Assembly (NCBI GenBank): GCA_964548665.1 | Contig: CAZJQL010000001.1 | Span: 5,462 to 69,461 of the forward strand | DNA length: 64,000 nt | Origin: an uncultured Methanosarcinales archaeon | GTDB lineage: Archaea > Nanobdellota > Nanobdellia > Woesearchaeales > 21-14-0-10-32-9 | Direction: 5' to 3' | In this document: positions 28,044 through 36,552 of the stretch, piece by piece | How positions within the stretch are numbered: position 1 is the stretch's first letter | How the letters are laid out: every line of letters starts with the position of its first letter | Made by a program: the position numbers and the translations under genes | Notes under the pieces: model-generated | What the model saw: only the letters and a program-made list of their open reading frames with translations | What the model was told of the DNA's origin: nothing | The model's database searches: none

Positions 28044-30830
28044 TTAAAAACCCATCGAGCTGAATAAGTCGGGTTCTGTTTGAAAAGGATCTGCGTCATA
28101 CATTATTTTTAGTGCGGTTCTTTGTTTTTCAGTTATTTTTCTTTTTTCAGTTTCGCTTAGCTTGGTGTATTGTTGTCTGAAGTCATCTATGCCCAATATT
28201 TTTCCTTCAAAAAAGCTTTTGAAAGCTTGTTTTATGAGAGGAATTTTTGGTTTTTGTATGTTTTGGTAGATTTCATATTCTCTGTCGGCAAATATGACTC
28301 CTGCAAACCAATCTTTGTAAGCTACCGCGTTTACTTTTCCAAAATTTATTGCTTCAGAGACAGGATTATTTTCTGATATTATAAATGTGTTTGCTCTGAT
28401 TGCAGGGTTTGCTTTATTTATTTCTTTTAGTTTTTCTTTTAGCTGTTTGCTTTTTTCTGGTATTATTACATTTAAGTTTATTCCGTGCGGTGATTTGATG
28501 AAATAGAATTTTGCTCCATATTGCATAGAAAATATTATGTTTGCTTGATTAAATTCTTCATCTGAAAGAAAATCTATTATGTTTTCTTCTAGTTTCAATC
28601 CGGTTAACTGAGAAGAATTATAGCTTGGTTTTTGTTTGAATATTTTTTGAGCATCTTCTGACGAGAATTTCCAAAAGTTGTATATTTTGTCCAAGTCATA
28701 ATTTTCCCCGAATCTTAGATTTTTAGCTTCCATGTATGTTCTTGCTTTATCTACAGGTATTTGAAGATGATACTCTAGTATTGATAGCAAACTTTCTTTT
28801 ATTAGTAAATTAGTTTCTTTTTTCGATGATTCAAAAATATATTTAGCTACAGCGTTATTTTCTATGGTTTCCCCGAATACATCTAGGATTATTGTAGGAT
28901 ATTGTAAAATTCCTTGTATTTTTCCAGGCTTATAATCTGAATATTTGAAAAGAGAGTTTGTTGTTTCTGTTATTGTTTTTCTATTTTTTAGTCTTTCCAT
29001 GAATCTTTTAAAATTTTGTTCGTGTCTTTTTGAGTATGTTCCTGTCATAATCTCGTAATTTCTATCTCCTGCTTCGTAATGAAGCATGACCGGGTCTGTG
29101 TTAAACACCGTATTTAATGGTTTGTTGACGAGCATGGCTTCCAGAATTGAGTTTCTTAAAAGCAAGTTTGTAGCTTCAGAGCTTTTCTCACCATCTTCCA
29201 AGGTATAATTACAAACTTCTATGAAATTTTCAAATTTGCCTGATTTTATTTTATCATTTATTTCTTGATAAGATAATGATTTTTTGAATCCTGCCAATGT
29301 TGATAATTTAGAGTCTCCGAGAAGAGTTATTCTGTTTTTTGAATAACAATAAGTATCTAGTATTTCTTGCGCGGTTCTTGACCATATTCTCTGAGATTTT
29401 TTTATGCCGTGTTTTATTTTAAAATCATGCAGATCATTTGTTGAGTTTGAATTTTTTTCTTTGTCGAATTTGGTTAGATGTTCTAAATCGTAATCTAAAA
29501 TGTTGTGGCCTAGTATGAATCTGTATTTTTGTGAGTCTTGATTTAATCTCATGACTAACTCAACTTCGTTTTCAACAAAGACAAATTCTATGTTTTTTTC
29601 TGAGAATCTTTGAATTGCTTTTTCTTTCCAAGATTCATTTCTCCATGCTTCTTTAGACACATATAGTTTTTTTTCATTTTTTGAGTCTAGAACAGCCATG
29701 TATATTCTTCCTGACGGAATGTTATTATTATAATCTATAACTTCTAAGTCTATAGAACAGCAGTTTTCCATGAAAACCGAATGTATTTCTTCTAATTTTT
29801 TTTCTATAGAGTCGAACATTATAGGATTTTTTCTCATATTTATTTGTTGAACTAGTTCTTTTTCTGAGTCAAAAACTGTAAATATTGGAAATTTGTTTCT
29901 TAATTGATTTGTTGGGCTATTTAATGTAAATGGATCTTGAAGTGCTTGTCTTGGAAGGAGAGCGGGTTTTCCTGTTTGCGTAGATATTTTTAATATATTG
30001 TATTTTTTTAATTCTTGTTGAACTTCCACTTCATCAGTTGCAGACATCAATATTTTGTATTGCTTGACTTTTCTCTTGTCTAGAGTTTCTACCACCGTAA
30101 ATTTGTCCACTTTTCTTGGAAATGGAAAATTCTCTAATTCTTTTATTAAACGTTCTAAGTCTTTAGCATTTTGTATTTGTTCTGATTCATATCTTTGAAG
30201 TCTAAATTCGTTTAAATCCAAAAACTTCATGTTTTTGTTTTCTGTTCTTATTTCTATTATGTGTCCATCATCTTTCTTCTTTAGACTTATATCCTCTTCA
30301 GGAATAAAACTTGATAAAACAGTTACGTAATTATTATACGCGAGTTTAGCTTCTTCTTCATCTTTGAAAACTATTGATCTTGCTAATGCACTTTTTTCTG
30401 TGTTTGTTATGAATAAAGGATTTTTTTTGGGACCGAATGTGAAGTCTAATTTTTTTCTTAGAGCTCTGTCTTTCATTCTGGCACGTATAATGTAACTATT
30501 ATTTTCATCTATGTTTTCTAATAATTGAAAGTCATTATTTGTTAAAAAATATATTTTGTCTTCTGCAAACACAATTTCTTTTTCTGGAAAAGTTTTTCCC
30601 CCGCCATATCTGTTAACCGAGAAATTGACTTCAGGATATTCTTTTTCTAATTTTTTTATTGTTTCTTGAAGCGAACCGTGTTTTTTTGGTATGAATTCTC
30701 TTGAAGGAACTTCATGGTCGCTAGCCATCTCTGTTTCTAGAAATTGTTTAGTTTCTGTATCTACGTATTCTACAATTACTTTGTTTCCACTAAGTCCTTT
30801 TGGTTTGACTTGGTAAAATAGCTTAACCAT
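28044..30830 (-). CDS. family B DNA polymerase homologue with apparently inactivated polymerase active site (exonuclease motifs retained)
   Basis: Exo I SIDLEV, Exo II GHNILDYDLEHL. Motif A-like ILQYPTII (D>Q), motif B-like YNSS, motif C-like MQYGAKF (DTD lost). Spacing follows canonical PolB order. Confidence 0.55.
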   Translation of the reverse strand: MVKLFYQVKPKGLSGNKVIVEYVDTETKQFLETEMASDHEVPSREFIPKKHGSLQETIKKLEKEYPEVNFSVNRYGGGKTFPEKEIVFAEDKIYFLTNNDFQLLENIDENNSYIIRARMKDRALRKKLDFTFGPKKNPLFITNTEKSALARSIVFKDEEEAKLAYNNYVTVLSSFIPEEDISLKKKDDGHIIEIRTENKNMKFLDLNEFRLQRYESEQIQNAKDLERLIKELENFPFPRKVDKFTVVETLDKRKVKQYKILMSATDEVEVQQELKKYNILKISTQTGKPALLPRQALQDPFTLNSPTNQLRNKFPIFTVFDSEKELVQQINMRKNPIMFDSIEKKLEEIHSVFMENCCSIDLEVIDYNNNIPSGRIYMAVLDSKNEKKLYVSKEAWRNESWKEKAIQRFSEKNIEFVFVENEVELVMRLNQDSQKYRFILGHNILDYDLEHLTKFDKEKNSNSTNDLHDFKIKHGIKKSQRIWSRTAQEILDTYCYSKNRITLLGDSKLSTLAGFKKSLSYQEINDKIKSGKFENFIEVCNYTLEDGEKSSEATNLLLRNSILEAMLVNKPLNTVFNTDPVMLHYEAGDRNYEIMTGTYSKRHEQNFKRFMERLKNRKTITETTNSLFKYSDYKPGKIQGILQYPTIILDVFGETIENNAVAKYIFESSKKETNLLIKESLLSILEYHLQIPVDKARTYMEAKNLRFGENYDLDKIYNFWKFSSEDAQKIFKQKPSYNSSQLTGLKLEENIIDFLSDEEFNQANIIFSMQYGAKFYFIKSPHGINLNVIIPEKSKQLKEKLKEINKANPAIRANTFIISENNPVSEAINFGKVNAVAYKDWFAGVIFADREYEIYQNIQKPKIPLIKQAFKSFFEGKILGIDDFRQQYTKLSETEKRKITEKQRTALKIMYDADPFQTEPDLFSSMGF

Positions 30831-30918
30831 AAACTTGGTTAATTATAATCATAATAAAAATATTTAGTTTTTTCACTGGCGAATGAATACATAGAACGCC
30901 TATGATTGAATAAGATGT

Positions 30919-32235
30919 TTAAACATAAATTTTTGAGAAATTTCTTAGTATGTGTATTTTATTTGGAGAATAACCCATTTCTATTGCCAGACTTTTCTGT
31001 GCTTCAAGCATATCTACTGTTCCGTGTGTTGGAATTATGTGCTCAGGCCTTATTAATTTTATGACTTCTCTATGATCTTCTCTGCACGCGTGGCCTGAAA
31101 CGTGCAAGTCTGTGAAGATTCTTACTTTTTTTTGTTTGAGGTCTTCTTCTAATTTTGCTCTATTAACAAAATTTTCTTCTACAGGAATTATTTTGCAAGA
31201 AAATAGAACTAAATCTTCTTGTTCAAAAGGAAATATTTTGTTTTTTGCCAATCTTGACAAAACTGCTTTAGGCTCTCCTTGGTGTCCTGTAACTATGAAA
31301 AGTTTATCCTTTGTTTTGGTTGTTTTTTTGAAGTATTTCTCTATTGTTGATCCAAATCTTACAAATTCAGCTTTTTTCGAAAAATCAGCTATTCCTGCCA
31401 TTTGTGCTGCATCGAGATATTTTGCAAGAGATCTTCCGACAAATACAGGAGTTCTTTTTAGGGATTTTGATAATTCTACAATTGTGTTTATTCTTGCTAT
31501 GTGGCTAGAAAAAGTTGTAACAATTATATTTTTGCCTTCTGATGATGTTCCTAAAAGTACATCTCTGAGCATCTCTCTAGCTATGCTTTCTGAAGGTGTT
31601 TTTCTGGGATCTAAAGCATACAATGAGTCCACTATAAGTGCTTTTACGTTTTTCAAATTTTTCATAGCTTCATAATTTGGTTTTTCTCCTAACAAAGGGT
31701 TGTTATCTAGTTTAAAGTCATTGGCATAAACTACAGATCCTTCTGGCGTATGAACTACAACCATGACTGTGTGTGGTGTGCTATGAGTCACATGTATAAA
31801 TTCTATACCCATATTTTCTGAAACTTTGAATTTACAGTTTTCTGAATGCGAAATAAGTTGAGAATCTATGCTCTTTTTTTTGTCCTTCAATAGCGCTCGT
31901 AGCACTTCTATTGTGAATTTTGTTCCATGAATTGGTGCTTTTAATTTACTTGTAAAGAACGGAACTGCTCCAACATGATCTAAGTGTGCATGACTAATAC
32001 AAATAGCCTTTAAATACTTTAACTCATCTTGAATTGCGTGTAAATCTGGGACTGCTTGTTCTCTTATAAGAAGTTCCTCAGAAAGCGCGAAATGCGTATC
32101 TTCATCTTCGGTCAGTCTGACATAATTTTCCATCATTAAGCCAAAGTCTAGCATAACTGCTTCTTCTTTCCATTTAACGATAGTGCAGTTTCTGCCTATT
32201 TCGCTAAATCCGCCCACAGGAATTATTTCTATCAT
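30919..32235 (-). CDS. beta-CASP metallo-beta-lactamase RNase (RNase J-like)
   Basis: HAHLDHVGAVP motif II; beta-CASP motifs; 438 aa. Confidence 0.75.
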   Translation of the reverse strand: MIEIIPVGGFSEIGRNCTIVKWKEEAVMLDFGLMMENYVRLTEDEDTHFALSEELLIREQAVPDLHAIQDELKYLKAICISHAHLDHVGAVPFFTSKLKAPIHGTKFTIEVLRALLKDKKKSIDSQLISHSENCKFKVSENMGIEFIHVTHSTPHTVMVVVHTPEGSVVYANDFKLDNNPLLGEKPNYEAMKNLKNVKALIVDSLYALDPRKTPSESIAREMLRDVLLGTSSEGKNIIVTTFSSHIARINTIVELSKSLKRTPVFVGRSLAKYLDAAQMAGIADFSKKAEFVRFGSTIEKYFKKTTKTKDKLFIVTGHQGEPKAVLSRLAKNKIFPFEQEDLVLFSCKIIPVEENFVNRAKLEEDLKQKKVRIFTDLHVSGHACREDHREVIKLIRPEHIIPTHGTVDMLEAQKSLAIEMGYSPNKIHILRNFSKIYV

Positions 32236-32257
32236 TTAGTTTATAGAACAATCATTA

Positions 32258-33085
32258 TTATTTATAGCTTTGCAAATATTCTTCTTTTAGATTTTTAAAA
32301 GTGAAGTAAAAATTTGTTCCGACTGAAGGAGTAGATTCAAAAGATAAGTTTCCTCCAAGCAATCTGGACAAGTCTCTTGATATTTTTAAGCCTATTCCTT
32401 TAGAAGTTATTCTATCGGGATTTTCTTTCAGCAAATAATCTTCTTGTTTAAGTTTTTGTTGTATTTCTTCACTAATTCCTAGTCCGTTGTCTTTTACAAA
32501 TCCTTGATATAAGATTCCTTCAGATGTATAAAGCATTTTTATTCCTAATTCTATTTTGTCTTTTGTAAAATCATTTGCATTTGCTGCTAAATTATAGAAT
32601 AGTCTCATCAGTTTTGTTTTGTCGGTATATATTAAATCATGTTCTTTCCCATAATTTTCGGAAGGTAGATGTGTTTTTATTATATTTACAAATTTTTTTG
32701 AACTTGAAGATGCATTATTTATACCAACATATTCTGAGACTTCATCAACGACATCATTTAGGTGTGTTTGCGATATTTTAAGTTTATTTTTGCCTTCTGC
32801 AGATTCTGCCATCTCTGCAAAATCTTGAGTCATAAAATCTAAATACCGTGCCGCTTTCATAATTATTGCAGAGTATTTTATTATTTCTTCAGAACTCACA
32901 GTTTCACCATTTTTTAAAGCAAATCCTGTTTCTTGTATAATTTCTGCAAAGTTTTGTATCGGCATCAGAGGTTTTCTTAAATCATGTAACAAATCTGAGA
33001 CGTCTTGCAAAGAAACACAGGATTTTAAGAGACTTAATACTTCAGAATCAGCTTTTTTCATATCATTATTAGCTCCGACAACCAT
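32258..33085 (-). CDS. sensorless histidine kinase (HisKA + HATPase_c)
   Basis: H-box LHDLRKPL, N-box NLAANANDF, G-boxes DNGLGI/GIGLKI; no TM or sensor domain; no REC gene nearby. Confidence 0.7.
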   Translation of the reverse strand: MVVGANNDMKKADSEVLSLLKSCVSLQDVSDLLHDLRKPLMPIQNFAEIIQETGFALKNGETVSSEEIIKYSAIIMKAARYLDFMTQDFAEMAESAEGKNKLKISQTHLNDVVDEVSEYVGINNASSSSKKFVNIIKTHLPSENYGKEHDLIYTDKTKLMRLFYNLAANANDFTKDKIELGIKMLYTSEGILYQGFVKDNGLGISEEIQQKLKQEDYLLKENPDRITSKGIGLKISRDLSRLLGGNLSFESTPSVGTNFYFTFKNLKEEYLQSYK

Positions 33086-33156
33086 GTTTCTGAGAATTTA
33101 AGTTCATTTATAAATTTTCCGATAGTTATCACTTTTGAGTAATAAATAAAATAAGT

Positions 33157-33332
33157 GCGGAGGGGGGGATTCGAACCCACGAACCCACTAAGGGACTAGA
33201 TTCCTCAAATCTTGCTTTAAAGCAATAGATTTCATTAGTGGAAAAGCCGGCGATGCAGTAATCACAGCCGGTTAGCTCATCACTCAAATTTCTTGAGTCT
33301 AGCGCATTTGACCAGGCTTTGCTACCTCCGCG
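33157..33332 (-). tRNA. intron-containing class II tRNA, probably tRNA-Leu(CAA); about 90-nt intron next to the anticodon loop
   Basis: 7-bp acceptor stem GCGGAGG/CCUCCGC, discriminator A, T-loop GGUUCGAAUCC, D-loop AGCCUGGUC. Anticodon stem halves CUAGA...UCUAG are split by about 90 nt. 15-nt variable arm CCC-UUAGU-GGG. CCA not encoded. Confidence 0.6.
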
Positions 33333-33365
33333 TAAAACAAAGAAAAAGAGCTTTGTTTAAATTGT

Positions 33366-33773
33366 TTACTGAGAATTTAGTTCTTCTAGTTTTTTTTCTA
33401 ACTTATCTAAAGTGTACTGAAGCCTATCAACATCAGTTATTTTTTTAGTTTTAACATCTTTAGTATGCAAGGTGGAACTTATTTTTTTTCTTTCTTCTTC
33501 ATGTTGTTTTTCCTTTAAAGAAAATGCATATTCATCTTCAATCTCTGCTCTCAAATCAGGATCAGCCATTAAAGGTTCTAACCTTCTAACGAGCTCCTCT
33601 AATTCTTGCAACATATTTTTCAAATCTAAAGTGAGTTCTTTTTTTCTATCCCTCATATTATAAAAATCTTCCATTTTAGTCAGAAGAAGGGCACTATCTC
33701 TAGCAACAGTCATCATCCTTATTCTGAGATTTTTAACATCCGATATTCTTGAAAAATATTCCATTTTAATCAA
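33366..33773 (-). CDS. coiled-coil protein, unknown
   Basis: 135 aa; heptad-rich; 4-bp overlap with the upstream gene. Confidence 0.35.
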   Translation of the reverse strand: MIKMEYFSRISDVKNLRIRMMTVARDSALLLTKMEDFYNMRDRKKELTLDLKNMLQELEELVRRLEPLMADPDLRAEIEDEYAFSLKEKQHEEERKKISSTLHTKDVKTKKITDVDRLQYTLDKLEKKLEELNSQ

Positions 33774-33985
33774 TTTGATTTTAAATAATCTTCTACTTGA
33801 TCTATGCCAGCGTTAACTCTTTGAATACTAGCATCAAATTCATCTAAATCTTGGTGTTCTTGAACTTCTATTTGCCTTATTTCTTTAAGTTTATTTTTTG
33901 CTTCCTCTGTTTTTTGTCGTATCTGAACCAAAAGCTCCCTTATTTCTTCGTGTTGATCTACTTTGACATATATTGAGTTGTCCAT
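33770..33985 (-). CDS. small coiled-coil protein, unknown
   Basis: 71 aa; single long helix predicted. Confidence 0.3.
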   Translation of the reverse strand: MDNSIYVKVDQHEEIRELLVQIRQKTEEAKNKLKEIRQIEVQEHQDLDEFDASIQRVNAGIDQVEDYLKSN

Positions 33986-34998
33986 TATTGTTCACCTTCT
34001 TCAAATATTTTCTTATCAATCTTCAATATGTTTTCTTTTATAAAATCTAGATTTTGACTTAGTTCGTCTGTAAGCTCCTGCATGCTTTCGATTCTTTGCA
34101 TTAGCTTAACATCTATGTCCAACATTGTTTCTACTTCTTCTTTTATCAAATCAGAAACAATAATCATATTTTTGTATTTTCTTTTGTCTATGAAAATATC
34201 TCCTTTTTTATCCACTTCGTTAGGCAACCCGTACTTCTGACTTTTTATTTCAGCTAAAGAAGGAGTTTCAGATTTGCTTTTTGCTTTCAAATATTCTCCA
34301 AATGTTTTATTATTTTTTTGTCTTTCTTTTTCTAAATCCAGAGAAGGTTTTACCTCAAATTTTGGAAGAGCTTCTTCTTTTTTCGGTAAATCTTTTTTCG
34401 CAGAAGCAACTTCTTGTTTTTCTTTTTTAGAATCTTTGGATAAATCCGATAAAGGCATTTCATCTTTGGGAGATTTAGTTAATTCTTTGTCATCTAAATC
34501 CAGATTTGAGAAATCTTCAGTTTCTAATTCTTCAGGAATTAATTCTTGTTTTTTAGAAGATTGATTGGTTTGAATACTTGAACTTTTATCTGACTCCACT
34601 TTAGAATCTGACTTTTTAATACCTTTAGAATCAGCAGTTAACTCACCCACATTTATCACCATTCCTTCGAAGGCATCATTTTTATCTTCATCTTTGTTCT
34701 GCTGAGATAAATCTAATTTGGCTTTAGGAATATTTGCTGTTTGTGACTGTGGCACTTTTAAAGATTTATCAGGACCATCCTTTACTTGAACAAATTCGCT
34801 CAGTCCTAAATCGAAGTTTAAATCTTCTTCATTAAAGTCAGGTATTTCGAAGCTATTTTGCTCATCTTTTATTTTTGTTGAAGGAAGAGTAGAAACGTTC
34901 TGCTTGTTTTGGGCTTGTTGCTGAGTTGCTGTTTGAGAACCAACCCCTGTTTTAGCAGGAACAGAATTGTCTTTTTTTAAAAATCCGAAAAGCCCCAT
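33985..34998 (-). CDS. acidic/K-rich low-complexity protein with conserved C-terminal helical domain
   Basis: 337 aa; disordered D/E/K/S-rich middle; operonic with the two coiled-coil genes. Confidence 0.35.
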   Translation of the reverse strand: MGLFGFLKKDNSVPAKTGVGSQTATQQQAQNKQNVSTLPSTKIKDEQNSFEIPDFNEEDLNFDLGLSEFVQVKDGPDKSLKVPQSQTANIPKAKLDLSQQNKDEDKNDAFEGMVINVGELTADSKGIKKSDSKVESDKSSSIQTNQSSKKQELIPEELETEDFSNLDLDDKELTKSPKDEMPLSDLSKDSKKEKQEVASAKKDLPKKEEALPKFEVKPSLDLEKERQKNNKTFGEYLKAKSKSETPSLAEIKSQKYGLPNEVDKKGDIFIDKRKYKNMIIVSDLIKEEVETMLDIDVKLMQRIESMQELTDELSQNLDFIKENILKIDKKIFEEGEQ

Positions 34999-35138
34999 AT
35001 ATTACCCCTTTTTTAAAGCACGTTAACTCTGCTTTAGAGATAAAATTATGTGTTGAGTATTAAAACTTTTTTCATCACTTTAAAATAGAAAAAACAGTTT
35101 TATTAGAGCGATAGAATAAAATTTTAGTTTTCGAACAA

Positions 35139-36428
35139 CTAAATATCAAACACATCTAACAACTTAGGAGCATAAGTTTGGCCTTTAATGCTTTTTTTGG
35201 CCCAATCATTCAAAGCATATACTGATTCTTCATCGCCGTGTTGAAAAAAAACAGTTTTAGGATTTATTTCTGAGACAAGTTTTTTTATAAAGTCAGAATC
35301 TGTGTGGCCTGAAAAATCATATTTTTCAACTTCACATTTAACTATTGTTTTCCAGCCATCAATATATACAAAACCTTCTTCCAATAATTGTCGTCCGTTG
35401 GTTCTTTTACATTGAAATCCCATGAGCGTTATTTTGTTTTTAGGATCATGCCACAATTCTTTCAAATAATCGAGAACAGGCCCTCCTTGAAGCATTCCGG
35501 AAGTCGTTATAAATATACCTTTATTTTTTATGGCATCCTTTCTTCTTTTTGGACTACTTATCCATTCTACCCTATTATTGAAAAAATCTGCCAATTCTTC
35601 TTTATTACGAACATATTTACTTGCAGTTTCTATTATTTTTCTTGTTATAGTTTTAGCCATACCGTCCACATATATTTTACAGGGAATTTTTTCTCTGGCA
35701 AGCAATAGTATTGCTTCTTGAGCTCTTCCTAAAGCAAATACAGGTACAAGAACAGATCCCCCTTGAGCTATGGTTTTTTTGACAGAAGCAACAAATTTTT
35801 TGGTTAAAATTTTTCTATCAGGCAACGTTCTATTTCCATAAGTTGACTCTGTGATCAATACATCTATGGGCTTACGCTTCATCTCATTTGTAATTATGGC
35901 TTCATACATGAGTTCGGTTTCTCGGTTGTTATAATCTGCTGTATAAAGAACTCTTTTGCCTTCGACTTCTATAAGAATCATTGCGCTTCCGGGTATGTGT
36001 CCTGCATTTATGTACATGAATCTTATATCTTCGTGTTTATACCATTTATCAAATTGAACATATTTTGTTTCTTGAGATATTTCTAAAAGATCTGCCTTAT
36101 TATATGCTGGGTGTAAATGTTTTATTCTTGCTATTTTATAAGAATCTTTCAGCAAGACTTTTGTAAGGGCAAACGTTTGTCTTGTGCAAAATATTGGACA
36201 ATTAAGCTTCTCATGCTCTAAAAAAGGCAATCCTCCTGAATGATCTAGATGTGCGTGACTAAGAAAGACTCCTTTTATTTTTTTTATATCTCCAAGACCT
36301 TCAGGAGTTTGAAAACCGTCTTCCTTGAACTTTATTCCTGCATCAAGTATGTATTTTTTTCCTTTTGTTGTTATGCTTATACAGCTTCTTCCTATCTCTC
36401 TCGCGGCACCGTGAAATTGTATTTTCAT
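35139..36428 (-). CDS. beta-CASP metallo-beta-lactamase (aCPSF2-like RNase without KH domains)
   Basis: HAHLDHSGGLP; beta-CASP motifs; 429 aa. Confidence 0.75.
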   Translation of the reverse strand: MKIQFHGAAREIGRSCISITTKGKKYILDAGIKFKEDGFQTPEGLGDIKKIKGVFLSHAHLDHSGGLPFLEHEKLNCPIFCTRQTFALTKVLLKDSYKIARIKHLHPAYNKADLLEISQETKYVQFDKWYKHEDIRFMYINAGHIPGSAMILIEVEGKRVLYTADYNNRETELMYEAIITNEMKRKPIDVLITESTYGNRTLPDRKILTKKFVASVKKTIAQGGSVLVPVFALGRAQEAILLLAREKIPCKIYVDGMAKTITRKIIETASKYVRNKEELADFFNNRVEWISSPKRRKDAIKNKGIFITTSGMLQGGPVLDYLKELWHDPKNKITLMGFQCKRTNGRQLLEEGFVYIDGWKTIVKCEVEKYDFSGHTDSDFIKKLVSEINPKTVFFQHGDEESVYALNDWAKKSIKGQTYAPKLLDVFDI

Positions 36429-36552
36429 ATAATTAAAATTAACATTTAATTATTTAATTGTATCGTTTGTGAATTTATATGATAATTATTCGCAAATATT
36501 ACGATTTGCAACAGTCATCTTTCGATTTTTGAAGAGAATCTGTTAAATTTAC

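Noticed and set aside
23969-30830. Calling the ligase-Hjc-PCNA-PolB block a provirus or plasmid
   Set aside because: No integrase, terminase, capsid or partition genes and no flanking direct repeats were seen, so it is reported only as a mobile-element-like replication module hypothesis.
28044-30830. Annotating the 928-aa PolB homologue as the replicative DNA polymerase
   Set aside because: By-eye alignment puts Q, A and F where the motif A and motif C aspartates should be. Without a computed alignment it is described as PolB-like and likely pol-inactive.
31112-31675. 187-aa plus-strand ORF inside the RNase J-like gene
   Set aside because: Antisense artefact within a motif-supported CDS.
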